The position numbers and the translations under genes were made by a program. This document shows, one piece after another, positions 39,165 to 49,772 of a stretch of 64,000 nt of DNA. The first letter of the stretch is position 1. Every line of letters begins with the position of its first letter. This DNA is from Fidelibacterota bacterium (GTDB taxonomy: Bacteria > Fidelibacterota > Marinisomatia > Marinisomatales > Marinisomataceae). The stretch covers positions 672,001 to 736,000 of the forward strand of contig OZ243041.1 in NCBI GenBank assembly GCA_965212055.1. The letters are read 5' to 3'. Under the pieces are notes generated by a model. It did no database searches. It saw nothing but the letters and a program-made list of their open reading frames with translations, and was not told the DNA's origin.

Positions 39165-41741
39165 TTATTTTAAATATAACAACTTCCCTACAGCATTAAA
39201 ATTGCTGGAGCGAATTTGATAAAAATATACCCCGCTACTTACATTATCTCCATCATCATTTTTTGCATCCCATTGTACAGATTGGTAACCAAATCGTTCT
39301 TGGTTATCGATTAGCTTTCTGACTACCCTACCACGAATATCTAATATAACCATATTGATAGTTTCAGTGGCAGGCATATCAAATTCAACAATGGTAGCAC
39401 TAGTGAATGGATTTGGATAACTCTGAGCCAAACGATACGTTGATGGAGCAGTTTGTAATAAATTATATCCTTCTGATACGATCTGATCATTTCCATCAGA
39501 AGCTGAATAACTAATTCTTAAAAATTCATATGTGTCAGTTAGATTTTGGAAACCGAAATGTAGTTCTGGTTCTGGTAAAACGTTAGAATCTCCATGATCA
39601 CCAAATTCAACGTGCGCTACACCAGCCTGTGTATTGTTTAAAACTAATCTTCCTTCTGATGATGTAGTAAGCAGACTTACACTATAATTACCAGGACTAT
39701 ATTCAAAGTAAACCTGTCCTGATTTTGTCCCACTTGGGAATTTTACTACTAGCTGATTGTTTAATATACGTAAAAAAGGACTTTGCCCTGATACTGAATA
39801 GTTTGGAACCTGTAATCCATTTTCTTGCAGTGACCAATCCCACATATTTTCAAACATTGCTAAATCTTGTGCATCTGCAACGCCATCAAAATTTGGGAAG
39901 AAATATGGAGCACTTCCTGTAATTGGTGCTATATCCACGTAAGGCCACGAAGCTATAAATGCACTATAATCGTCAAAATCGACATCCCAATCATTATCCA
40001 TATCTGCTAAGAGTGACCCAAAATAATAAAAGGATGAAGAAACTGTAGTTGAATTTAAACCAACTAAATCTTGTCCATATACATTCACATGATATTGTTG
40101 ATAATCACTTAATCCGAGAGAATTAAGATTAATTGTGGTGCTGGAATAAGGTGTAGATGCTAATATGTCTCCACCGCCAACAGATGAACCAACGGATACA
40201 AAATAAAGTGCTACACCTGTAGTAGCATCATAAAAATTATCTAGCTGTAATGTAATATCAGGGTTTTGAGTAATATATTGAGTATCTTGAATATTTGTAA
40301 TTGCTAATGTCCCAACCGTAGGATTAACTCTATCTACAATTACCACAATTTCATTTGAAGCAAAATTTGAATCTCCAGATGTATTTCCTGTAACACTGCC
40401 TTCAGCAATTGACACTTTTACTTCGCCATCAACAACAGCTTCAATATCAAAACTGTAATTGGTACCATCTCCACCATTAAAACTTGTCACTGTTGCATTG
40501 CTAAGCACTAAATCATCTTGAGTAAATCCAGTAACAGCTTCACTGAAAGTAACATTAACAGTAAAACCATCATTTGCAGTTGCGTAGGAAGTATTTGAAG
40601 TTAAAACGGTGTTTACACCACTAACAACTTGTGCCCACGTCCAACCATTTGCCCATGAATATCCTTCTAAAGCTTGTTCTTCAGAAAACATGCGCATTTG
40701 GTCATCGTAAGAATAATCCATGTAATTCATGAATTGATCACCTTTTCCGCTTGAACTAATACAGCTATTTTCTGCCTGTCTACCATAGAAATTGCCACTA
40801 CCAGCTGGCCATTCGTATATATTTGCAGATCGATTGTTCACAGTTTGAGGTGGAACATCAGACCAATACTGAGTTCCACAAGTGCTAGCATTAAAAGTGT
40901 GATTATAGGTAAAATTATGTCCTAATTCATGAGTTAAAGTTCTACCGCTATCATAATTATTAACTGTACCAGGATTTTCAACTGAACCAACGGACTCTGT
41001 TAGAGTTACTGATTCAGGCCATCCCAAATATGCTTGACCCAATAATCCACCAGTTAGGGGAGCAATATACATATTTAAGTATCCAGATTGATATCCTGAA
41101 GGGCCTCCTCCATCTGGCGTAATAGAACTAGCAAGACTACTTGCTTCACTTACTCCAGATACTGATGATTGACTAATCTGATATCGACGAATTGTTACAC
41201 CTTCTACTAAATCTGCACCATTTCTTTCTCCTTGAGCTCCAACAAATTCGATTTGATGCATACCTCTAACGCCCTGGAAACTATAATCAATCCCTGGATC
41301 ATTTGGTGCGTCACTTGGATTTGGAGAAGATGGTATTTCATCACCATCGGGATTTATACCCTTAAAATCTAAATTAATTTGATCAAAATTATAACCAAGC
41401 TGTTCTTTGTTAAGATTATCAGACGATGATTGATAAAGTACATGGAAAATAACCGGAATATAAATTGTAGTTTTTTTATCTCCATCCGTACGCCACTGAG
41501 GATTTTCTCTTAATAGCTGTTGTGCTTTTTGAATATATGCATCTCGTTCAGCAATAAATCCTGGATTGGTAAGTTGTAATTCTTGTTCTAATTCATCTGC
41601 AGTACATCTAATCCATTCACTATGATTATGTTGTGCATTTAAGACAGCAAAGAATGATAGAATAAATATTATTTTTTTCATAGGAATAGTTGCAAATAAT
41701 TTAAAGGGTATTATAAAGAATACAAATAAAAAATAACGCAT
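39165..41741 (-). CDS. Secreted M43 (pappalysin/ulilysin-like) zinc metalloprotease with Ig-like domains and Por/T9SS-FlgD tail
   Basis: RC Cys-switch-like segment, IPVIFHV, GRTLTHELGH, MNYMDYS Met-turn, VTFSEAVTGF (Big-like), YPNPF...SGVYFY tail. Alternative start at 41681. Confidence 0.88.
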   Translation of the reverse strand: MRYFLFVFFIIPFKLFATIPMKKIIFILSFFAVLNAQHNHSEWIRCTADELEQELQLTNPGFIAERDAYIQKAQQLLRENPQWRTDGDKKTTIYIPVIFHVLYQSSSDNLNKEQLGYNFDQINLDFKGINPDGDEIPSSPNPSDAPNDPGIDYSFQGVRGMHQIEFVGAQGERNGADLVEGVTIRRYQISQSSVSGVSEASSLASSITPDGGGPSGYQSGYLNMYIAPLTGGLLGQAYLGWPESVTLTESVGSVENPGTVNNYDSGRTLTHELGHNFTYNHTFNASTCGTQYWSDVPPQTVNNRSANIYEWPAGSGNFYGRQAENSCISSSGKGDQFMNYMDYSYDDQMRMFSEEQALEGYSWANGWTWAQVVSGVNTVLTSNTSYATANDGFTVNVTFSEAVTGFTQDDLVLSNATVTSFNGGDGTNYSFDIEAVVDGEVKVSIAEGSVTGNTSGDSNFASNEIVVIVDRVNPTVGTLAITNIQDTQYITQNPDITLQLDNFYDATTGVALYFVSVGSSVGGGDILASTPYSSTTINLNSLGLSDYQQYHVNVYGQDLVGLNSTTVSSSFYYFGSLLADMDNDWDVDFDDYSAFIASWPYVDIAPITGSAPYFFPNFDGVADAQDLAMFENMWDWSLQENGLQVPNYSVSGQSPFLRILNNQLVVKFPSGTKSGQVYFEYSPGNYSVSLLTTSSEGRLVLNNTQAGVAHVEFGDHGDSNVLPEPELHFGFQNLTDTYEFLRISYSASDGNDQIVSEGYNLLQTAPSTYRLAQSYPNPFTSATIVEFDMPATETINMVILDIRGRVVRKLIDNQERFGYQSVQWDAKNDDGDNVSSGVYFYQIRSSNFNAVGKLLYLK

Positions 41742-44700
41742 TATATTTTAAATAATCTATCTGCTTCTTTATAATATGTTTCTACAGTAGCCAATCTCAC
41801 CTCTTCATATCCTCTAACCAGATCTGGTAACTCAGAGAATTTCACTAAGTCTTCATATTTTCCATTGGATATTTCATTAATATTATTGTTAAGTATTGTT
41901 TTGTAATGATGTAGGATTTCTCTATCAGTTTTACGTACATCACTGCTAAACCAAGACATGAAATCAAATTTAGTTCCCCTTAGAAATTTGAATCGTTTCA
42001 AAGCCATATATCCATATTTAAACCATCTAGGTAGAGCAAGTTTACTTTTCACGCCAGGAATTTTATTCAATAATGGAATATCTTTGAACATCTTTAAAAA
42101 TGGTGGATGAAGCATATAATAAATTTTTGCTGATTTTCCGAATTCTTGATTTAATGCAGTATTTAGCTCAGCTTTCAAAGATAAACGTGCTACTTCATAT
42201 TCATCTTTTATTGCCATTAATTTGTAGAGGTATCTTGCAACATTTTTAGTAAGTAGAGGTGAAGAATGTTCTCGTTTTTCAACAGCATGAATCTCTTTAA
42301 CAAAATTGATATATTCTTCTGCATATTGTACGTTTTGATAATCAACAAGTTCAGGAACACGGAATTCTAGAATTTGTTTTAATTCATCATCTGGTTTTTT
42401 AATTTTATTAATTAAAGATTGAGAAATATCATCCAGTTCTGGTTTTACATCGATATTACCAGATCTATACAAGCTTAATGATTGTAACCAATTTGGATCA
42501 GCAACCATTTTTCTACCCAAATTAAATGCATCTTGATTCTTTTTCACAACAACACCATTAATTTTAATGGCTTCTAAAATGGAATCGGCATTAAGTGCAA
42601 CATATCCAGACTGGTATGCAGCTCCAATAACAATAAAATTTGCTTGCATATTGCTATCAAAAAAATGTTCAGACAATTCAGTAGCATTTAAAAGAATATT
42701 TTCTTTAGAAAATTCTTTAATAAGATCGATTAAATGAGTGGAATCAGGATACTCTTTTTTTGTAGATCTTACCATATCTCCCGTTGGTATTTCAGATGTA
42801 GATATAACGGACATGGAACGTTTTTTATGTAGTCTAGACAAGTTCACTGGATTAGTTCCTGTTAATAAATCAAATACCAAATATACATCGGATTCTCCAC
42901 TGGATACTCTACTTGAACATTCCTTATCTAAATCACTCAAAATTTTCAAGTGAGATACTACAGATCCTCCCTTTTGACTTAATCCAGTTTGATCTAAAGC
43001 AACAACTTTCTTATTCTCCAAAAACGCAGCAGTAGCAACAATCTGATTAACCGTTACCACTCCAGTACCACCGATTCCTAACATAAAAATGTTTGAGCTA
43101 CCATTCGTCAAATCTTTTGGACTTGGCAACCTAGAAGGATCAAAACCTAAATCTGGTAATTGTCTTTTATCATCCTTCTCTGAAGGAATAACTTTTATGA
43201 ATGAAGGACAGTTCCCTTCTAAGCATGAATAATCTTTATTACATGAAGGTTGATCAATTTGTGTTTTGCGTCCAAATTCTGTTTTAACAGGCTGGACACT
43301 CAAGCAATTAGATTTGACTCCACAATCACCACAACCTTCACATGCTGCTTCATTAATAAATATTCTTTCTTTTGGTTCAGGTGCTTGGCCTCGTTTACGT
43401 AATCTACGTAAGTTTGCAGCACAAGCTTGATCATGGATTAAAACCGTAACGCCCTTAATTGATTTTAATTTTTTCTGTACACTAACAATTTCATCCCTAT
43501 GAAAAATCTCAGTATCCTTGTCCCATCTAGATGTTTTGATAGAATCATACGCGCTCGGATCATCGGTAGTAACTATAATCTTCTTTACACCCTCAGATTT
43601 AAGATACTTTGTCAACTCAGGTAAATCTAATGCTCCATCTGGTTCTTGTGCACCTGTCATTGCAACAGCACGATTGTATAAAATCTTATATGTAAGATGG
43701 GAATTTGATGCAACGGCTTGTCTTAGCGCCAATGATCCGGAATGAAAGAAAGTCCCGTCCCCAACATTTTGGAACATGTGTTCTTTTTCAATAAAAGGTT
43801 CCATTCCTACCCATTGTGCACCTTCACCTCCCATATGTGTTGTACCAAACGCTTTACCATCATCAACAAACATTGCCATCAAGTGACATCCAATACCTCC
43901 AAACGCAGAATCGCCTTCAGGCATCTTTATTGTCGAAGTATTGTGAGGACACCCTGAACAAAAATACATTGAACGATTGGAAAGGGATTGTGCATACACG
44001 CGATTATCTATTTCACTTAAAATATTAATCTTTGTATTAGGAGTATCAACATTGAATTTTTTAGAATATCTGTCAAAAATGATTCTACTTATAATATCTG
44101 CAGTTAACTCACCATAACCAGGAATGAATGGATTATTATTTTCATCAGATTTACCCACAATGATTGGCTTATTAGGGTAATTATACATTTCTTCTTTTAA
44201 AAGCATCTCAATAAAAGAACGTTTTTCTTCAATGACGGTTATTTCATTTAATCCTTTAGAGAATTCTTGAATAATTGATGGCTCCAATGGATAGGTCAAA
44301 CCTAACTTTAATATTCGAATACCATATTTATTTAAACAATCGTGTGTCCACCCTAATGAATCAAAAGCTTCCATTACATCATAATATGTTTTTCCAGATG
44401 TTATAATACCAATTGTATCATTTTCAGACCTAACAACAATCTTATTAATCTTGTTTGCAGAAGCAAAATGTTTAGCAGCTTGAATTCTTCCCAAATGAAT
44501 TTCTTTTTCGGTTGGCAGACTATGATGGCCCACTAATTTTGCGTTCTGGATATGTGCCCACGGTTTGCCATCATAAGTAAAATCTGGTATTGTAATTGAT
44601 ATTCTATTAGGATGAACAAATGCACTTCCAAATCCGTCTGCAATATCTGTTACAATCTTAAATCCAGACCACAATCCGGTAAACCTTGACATTCCATAAG

Positions 44701-45268
44701 CATAAAGTCCCAAATCAAGAATTTCTTGAACGTTTCCTGGGTAGAAAATTGGCATCATCGCATCAAAGAGTGCAGGTTCTGATTGAGATGGCAAAGTAGA
44801 GGACTTACAAGAAGGATCATCTCCTGCAACGGTAAGGACACCTCCATTCGTCCCAACTCCAAGATAATTTGCATGTCTAAAGATATCCCCAGATCGATCT
44901 ACTCCAGGAGCCTTTCCATACCACATACCAAGAACACCATCGTATCGCAATTTTGAAACCATATTTGCCATTTGGCTACCATAAATCAGTGTAGCTCCTA
45001 AGTCTTCATTCACTCCAGGAATAAATTTTACATTGTGTTCATCAAGTATTCTTCTATTTTTGATGAGGTTGATATCCAATACACCTACTGGAGATCCTCG
45101 ATACCCTGAAACGAGAGTAGCAGTATTTAGACCTGCAATTAGATCGAACCGATGTTGATCTAGTAATAATCTTACTAGAGCTTGAATTCCAGAAAGAACA
45201 ATCTTACCATCAAGTAAGGTATATTTATCATTTAAATCGAAGTTATTTCTTAGGACTTGTCCTGTCAT
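41741..45268 (-). CDS. Indolepyruvate ferredoxin oxidoreductase family protein (fused alpha/beta)
   Basis: SGYRGSP, NEDLGAT, WYGKAPGVDRSGD, FCSGCPHN, GDGTFFHSG, CEGCGDC..C, GIGGTGVVT, GLSQKGG, KDEYEVARL. Confidence 0.94.
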   Translation of the reverse strand: MTGQVLRNNFDLNDKYTLLDGKIVLSGIQALVRLLLDQHRFDLIAGLNTATLVSGYRGSPVGVLDINLIKNRRILDEHNVKFIPGVNEDLGATLIYGSQMANMVSKLRYDGVLGMWYGKAPGVDRSGDIFRHANYLGVGTNGGVLTVAGDDPSCKSSTLPSQSEPALFDAMMPIFYPGNVQEILDLGLYAYGMSRFTGLWSGFKIVTDIADGFGSAFVHPNRISITIPDFTYDGKPWAHIQNAKLVGHHSLPTEKEIHLGRIQAAKHFASANKINKIVVRSENDTIGIITSGKTYYDVMEAFDSLGWTHDCLNKYGIRILKLGLTYPLEPSIIQEFSKGLNEITVIEEKRSFIEMLLKEEMYNYPNKPIIVGKSDENNNPFIPGYGELTADIISRIIFDRYSKKFNVDTPNTKINILSEIDNRVYAQSLSNRSMYFCSGCPHNTSTIKMPEGDSAFGGIGCHLMAMFVDDGKAFGTTHMGGEGAQWVGMEPFIEKEHMFQNVGDGTFFHSGSLALRQAVASNSHLTYKILYNRAVAMTGAQEPDGALDLPELTKYLKSEGVKKIIVTTDDPSAYDSIKTSRWDKDTEIFHRDEIVSVQKKLKSIKGVTVLIHDQACAANLRRLRKRGQAPEPKERIFINEAACEGCGDCGVKSNCLSVQPVKTEFGRKTQIDQPSCNKDYSCLEGNCPSFIKVIPSEKDDKRQLPDLGFDPSRLPSPKDLTNGSSNIFMLGIGGTGVVTVNQIVATAAFLENKKVVALDQTGLSQKGGSVVSHLKILSDLDKECSSRVSSGESDVYLVFDLLTGTNPVNLSRLHKKRSMSVISTSEIPTGDMVRSTKKEYPDSTHLIDLIKEFSKENILLNATELSEHFFDSNMQANFIVIGAAYQSGYVALNADSILEAIKINGVVVKKNQDAFNLGRKMVADPNWLQSLSLYRSGNIDVKPELDDISQSLINKIKKPDDELKQILEFRVPELVDYQNVQYAEEYINFVKEIHAVEKREHSSPLLTKNVARYLYKLMAIKDEYEVARLSLKAELNTALNQEFGKSAKIYYMLHPPFLKMFKDIPLLNKIPGVKSKLALPRWFKYGYMALKRFKFLRGTKFDFMSWFSSDVRKTDREILHHYKTILNNNINEISNGKYEDLVKFSELPDLVRGYEEVRLATVETYYKEADRLFKI

Positions 45269-45278
45269 AATGTTTCAG

Positions 45279-46178
45279 CTATAATTTAAATATTTCTTTG
45301 ATAGATTCTACAACTTTTCGAGGAGTTTCTTCTTGCACAAAATGACCTGCTTTTGTCTTCACAACTTTTGCTTGAGGAAGTAATCTAGCAGTACGCCTTC
45401 TTAATTTCCACATTACTGGATCATTCATCCCCCAAACAATCTGAGCTGGCCCATTATATTCCTGTAAAAATTCTTCAATCTCTTTTTCAAGTGGAACACT
45501 AGGATGATTCATATTGTTGGGAACCATCCGAGCAAGCGCTAAGGGACCACTATTGTCCTTCATTTTTCTTAATGGATACTTGTATGCCTTAACAACATCT
45601 TTTGAAAACGATCCTGGAACACCTTGAAATTTATTTAAAGCAGATAAAGGAAAATTGAATACCCTGAATAATAAATTGCTTATAACAGGCAGTTGAGAAA
45701 GTGCGTGAAACCATGTCGGTTTAAAACCATCTTTTGGTGCAGTAATTGCCGTATTCATTACAATTAATCCATCAATTTTCTTTCCAGCTTTCATTGCACC
45801 GGCAATTCCGATCATCCCACCCCAATCGTGAACAACCATACCGATTTTTTCTTCTTTAATCTGGCTAAAGAAATTAGCCATCCATTCACTATGAGCATTG
45901 AGGGAATGTTCATGAAGTTTTATTTTATCAGAAAATCCAAACCCAATTAAATCAGGTACAATTAATCTTGCCGAGGTACCATCTAATTGATCCAAAATTT
46001 TTCTGTATAAATATCCCCACATTGGATTGCCATGAACAAATACGATTGGCCTTCCAGCTCCTTTCTCCATAACATGCATACTCTTACCATCAACATTAAC
46101 AGAATAATGATTGTAAGGTAATTGTTTGAATAACCAATGTGGAATTTCTTTTGAGTAATCTTTTTCCATAATTAACAT
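45279..46178 (-). CDS. Haloalkane dehalogenase-like alpha/beta hydrolase
   Basis: HGNPMWGYLYR, PDLIGFGFSDK, HDWGG (Asp nucleophile), AGHFVQE. Start could be 46169. Confidence 0.88.
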   Translation of the reverse strand: MLIMEKDYSKEIPHWLFKQLPYNHYSVNVDGKSMHVMEKGAGRPIVFVHGNPMWGYLYRKILDQLDGTSARLIVPDLIGFGFSDKIKLHEHSLNAHSEWMANFFSQIKEEKIGMVVHDWGGMIGIAGAMKAGKKIDGLIVMNTAITAPKDGFKPTWFHALSQLPVISNLLFRVFNFPLSALNKFQGVPGSFSKDVVKAYKYPLRKMKDNSGPLALARMVPNNMNHPSVPLEKEIEEFLQEYNGPAQIVWGMNDPVMWKLRRRTARLLPQAKVVKTKAGHFVQEETPRKVVESIKEIFKL

Positions 46179-46216
46179 GAATTTATAAAAAAAATTGAAT
46201 AAAATACTTTTTAGTA

Positions 46217-46246
46217 TTGACTAAAACAAAAATATTTAGATAACTT
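46217..46246 (+). promoter_or_regulatory. Putative nrdJ promoter
   Basis: TTGACT (46217-46222), 18 nt, TAACTT (46241-46246). Confidence 0.45.
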
Positions 46247-46382
46247 CAGTGTAGCCAGCCGATTATGCTTTTCGAAAGCGTATTGTATTTGTTTAAATAG
46301 CCTTTACTGAGGCTTTTCTTGTCAATAAAACAAGATAATAACGTTAATTTTTAATAACTAAGGGTAGTGAAATAGTACTAGA

Positions 46383-48758
46383 ATGGCAGAAGCAATTGAG
46401 ATAAATTTTCCTATAGAATCGGAAAAAAATCCAACACTTGATCCAGAAATAAAAAGTCAAATTCTTGATTACAATATTAAAGAATCAGATGAGAATAAAC
46501 AGGAAGAGTGTCCAGATGAATTCAAAATAGATAATTACTATAAGGAAGACCATTTAGGAAAGAACGTTTTACAGCAAAAATATCTCGCTCCATGGGAAAA
46601 ACACCCATGGGACCTCTGGAAACGTCAAGCGAAAGCACTAGCAAGTGTTGAAAAAACAAAATCACTTCAGGATAAATGGGAAACAAAATTTTTTGATACG
46701 CTTCTCAATTTTAAGTTTGTTCCAGGTGGTAGAATTATGCATGGTGCTGGTAGAAATGACATTACCACTACCCTAAATAACTGTTATGTCGTTGGAATCA
46801 AAACTGATTCTATAAAATCTATCTATGATTGTGTAATTGAAGAAGCCATGACTTATAAATTTGGTGGTGGATGTGGACATGATTTATCAACTTTAAGACC
46901 TTCTGGAGATCAGATATTAGGAACTGGTGGGAATTCATGTGGACCTACTGGATTTATGAATCTATTTAGCGAAAATACAAATACTATTGCACAACATGGT
47001 AGGCGTGGTGCAAATATGCAAACACTTCGAGTTGATCATCCGGATATCGAAAAATTTATTGAAATAAAAACTGGTGATATAGATATGATAAAATATTCTA
47101 ATATCTCAGTTTTACTAACAGACAATTTTATGGAAGCGGTAGAAAATGATACCGATTTTAATCTAGAATGGAATGGTAAAGTTTATGAAACTGTAAATGC
47201 AAAAGAATTATGGATGAAAATTATCAACCATGCACATGCTAGCGCAGAACCTGGACTTCTATTTTGGGATACAATGAGAAAATATCACAACGCTGAATAT
47301 TGCAGTCCCCTTGTATCTACTAACCCTTGTGCAGAACAACCTTTGCCAGATGGTGGATGTTGTAATTTAGGAGCTCTAAACTTAGAAAGATTTGTTGACA
47401 AGGATGGTAATTTTGATTTTGAAGATTTTAAAGAATGCACTACTACTGCAACCAGGTTTTTAGATAATGTTATCGATTATAATTTAGATCGACATGCACT
47501 TGAAGATCAAAAACAAAATGCAATCAATGATAGACGCGTAGGCCTTGGCATACTCGGATTGGGAGATATGCTTGTTAAAATGGGTATTAAATATGATTCA
47601 GATGAAGCTTTAAATACAATTGCTGAGGTAATGAAAGTTCATCGTGATACTGCTTATGAAACAAGCGTTGAACTTTCATTAGAAAAAGGCCATTTTCCTT
47701 ATTTTAAATGGAGCGGATATTCAAAAAGTAATTTTATAAAAGATCTACCTGAAGATTTACAACAAAGAATAAAAAATGATGGAATAAGAAATTCAACACT
47801 GACAACAGTGGCTCCAACAGGTAGCGGTGCAATAGTTGCACGAGTCACTTCCGGTATAGAACCAATCTTTGCAACTTCATATAAGAGAAAAGTGAAGAAG
47901 AATGATAGCTATGGAAAAGATTTTGATGAATACGACGTGTGTCATCCAGTTATAAAAGAAATGTTCGGTGATGATAAAAATCTTCCTGAATATGTTGTAA
48001 CAGCACATAATGTTGACCCTTATTTCAGAGTAAAAATGCAGGGTGAAACTCAAAAATATATTGATAGCTCTATTTCTTCTACTGTTAATCTTCCTGAAGA
48101 AACAACTGTTGAAACTGTAGCTGACATTTACATGACTGCTTATAAAGCAAACTTGAAAGGAATAACTGTTTATAGAGAAGGATGTAGAGAAGGAATTCTG
48201 GTAACTGACAATAAATCAGAGAAAGTTCAACCAAAACAAGAAACAGAAGAAGATGGAAAAACTGCAAGAAATAGACCTTCAATTACCGAAGGCCAAACTA
48301 GAAGAATGAGAACTGGTGATGGAACTCTTTATATTACAGTTAATAAAGACGAGAATGGCCTTTGTGAAGTCTTTACTACCATCGGAAAGGCCGGTGGAAC
48401 TGTTGCTGCACAAACTGAGGCAATTAGCAGATTAATTTCTTTGGCACTTAGATCAGGAATCGATCCTAATAGTGTCATTAATCAATTAAAAGGCATTAGT
48501 GGACCAAACCCAACTTGGGAAGATGGGCAACTAATTTTATCTACTCCAGATGCGATTGGAAGAGCATTAGAAAATTTTGTACATGGTGATAGTCCAACTT
48601 CAGAAGAAGAAAAACAAGTAAAATTTGAAATTGCACAAGAAACTAATAAACCAACAACTAACCATACAATGAATTGTCCTGAATGTGATCAACCAGGTGT
48701 TGTCAATGAAGGTGGGTGTTACAATTGTAAAGATTGTGGTTGGTCTAAGTGCGAATAA
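46383..48758 (+). CDS. nrdJ: Adenosylcobalamin-dependent ribonucleotide reductase (class II)
   Basis: PGGRI, NCYV, GGGCG, RRGANM, HPDI, EPGL, TNPCAEQPL, RRVGLG, APTG, GIEP, KGITVYR, TSCPD-like segment and C-terminal Zn ribbon. Confidence 0.95.
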   Translation: MAEAIEINFPIESEKNPTLDPEIKSQILDYNIKESDENKQEECPDEFKIDNYYKEDHLGKNVLQQKYLAPWEKHPWDLWKRQAKALASVEKTKSLQDKWETKFFDTLLNFKFVPGGRIMHGAGRNDITTTLNNCYVVGIKTDSIKSIYDCVIEEAMTYKFGGGCGHDLSTLRPSGDQILGTGGNSCGPTGFMNLFSENTNTIAQHGRRGANMQTLRVDHPDIEKFIEIKTGDIDMIKYSNISVLLTDNFMEAVENDTDFNLEWNGKVYETVNAKELWMKIINHAHASAEPGLLFWDTMRKYHNAEYCSPLVSTNPCAEQPLPDGGCCNLGALNLERFVDKDGNFDFEDFKECTTTATRFLDNVIDYNLDRHALEDQKQNAINDRRVGLGILGLGDMLVKMGIKYDSDEALNTIAEVMKVHRDTAYETSVELSLEKGHFPYFKWSGYSKSNFIKDLPEDLQQRIKNDGIRNSTLTTVAPTGSGAIVARVTSGIEPIFATSYKRKVKKNDSYGKDFDEYDVCHPVIKEMFGDDKNLPEYVVTAHNVDPYFRVKMQGETQKYIDSSISSTVNLPEETTVETVADIYMTAYKANLKGITVYREGCREGILVTDNKSEKVQPKQETEEDGKTARNRPSITEGQTRRMRTGDGTLYITVNKDENGLCEVFTTIGKAGGTVAAQTEAISRLISLALRSGIDPNSVINQLKGISGPNPTWEDGQLILSTPDAIGRALENFVHGDSPTSEEEKQVKFEIAQETNKPTTNHTMNCPECDQPGVVNEGGCYNCKDCGWSKCE

Positions 48759-48796
48759 CAGAAGTTCAAATTATCAAATTGACTTCCCTTTAAATT

Positions 48797-49171
48797 TCAA
48801 TTACCACTGCCAGACCCTAAAGAAACTCCGCATTTTACACATATAACTTGATTAGCTTTTATTTTTGCACCGCATGATTCACAAAAAGGTGAAATAGACT
48901 TTTGAATTTTGTCTAAATTTTTCGCATTCTTTCCGATAGGATCATGCGATTGTCGTTTTCTAAACAATACATTAAAATATTGGCTATTAACAATATATCC
49001 ACCATCTTCTTTAACAATTTCAACCATTTCGTGATGAGGCCAATTCAAAGGAGAGGTAGGGGTTTTTGCAATGATCATCTCGTCCGATGATTTAGAAATT
49101 TTCCATCCCAACTCAATGCATTTTTTTGCTACTTCTGAAATATCCATTTCAGATTTCATAAATCTTTCCAT
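48797..49171 (-). CDS. Hypothetical protein with C-terminal zinc ribbon
   Basis: FCESCGAKIKANQVICVKCG; 124 aa. Confidence 0.7.
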   Translation of the reverse strand: MERFMKSEMDISEVAKKCIELGWKISKSSDEMIIAKTPTSPLNWPHHEMVEIVKEDGGYIVNSQYFNVLFRKRQSHDPIGKNAKNLDKIQKSISPFCESCGAKIKANQVICVKCGVSLGSGSGN

Positions 49172-49189
49172 AGTTAAATTTACAAATTA

Positions 49190-49747
49190 TTAATTCTCTA
49201 ATATTTCCTTCTCTTTAGATTCTTGGCTTGTGTTTAATTTTCCAATGAATTTATCTGTAAGATCTTGTAAATCATCAAAAAATCGTTTCATATCATCTTC
49301 TGGAATTCTGTCTTCTTTCTCTACCCTTTTTACAGAATGGATAATATCTCTACGGATATTTCTTATTGATATTCTCCCTTCTTCAACAGTGTGAGCAGAA
49401 AATTTTACTAGCTCCTCTCTTCTTTCAGTTGATAATGGAGGAAAAGAAATAATAATTGAATTACCATTATTAGAAGGATTTAGCCCTAAATCTGATTCAA
49501 TAATTGCCTTTTCTATATTATCAAGAGCTGTTTTATCGAATGGTTGAATGCTAACAGTAACACCGTCCATAAGAGAAACATTAGCAACTTGATTTAATGG
49601 AGTTTCATTCTCATAATAATTCACCAAGATTTTGCTGAACATATCTGGATTAGCTCTTCCTGTTCTAATTTTTGCTAATTCATTATCAACAAATACAACT
49701 GTTTGTTGCATTCTAGTACTTGCGAGTTCAAGATTTTGATTTAACAT
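49190..49747 (-). CDS. frr: Ribosome recycling factor
   Basis: IRTGRANP, PLNQVA, LGLNP, PPLSTERR, RNIRR. Confidence 0.96.
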   Translation of the reverse strand: MLNQNLELASTRMQQTVVFVDNELAKIRTGRANPDMFSKILVNYYENETPLNQVANVSLMDGVTVSIQPFDKTALDNIEKAIIESDLGLNPSNNGNSIIISFPPLSTERREELVKFSAHTVEEGRISIRNIRRDIIHSVKRVEKEDRIPEDDMKRFFDDLQDLTDKFIGKLNTSQESKEKEILEN

Positions 49748-49772
49748 AATTAATTAGATAATAGATAAGTTA

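Noticed and set aside
46179..46382. Canonical cobalamin riboswitch or NrdR boxes upstream of nrdJ
   Set aside because: No B12-box core or convincing NrdR palindrome by eye; reported only as an unclassified structured leader.
46383..48758. Intein or intron in nrdJ
   Set aside because: The ORF is continuous, of normal length, and shows no intein splicing motifs around NPCAE.
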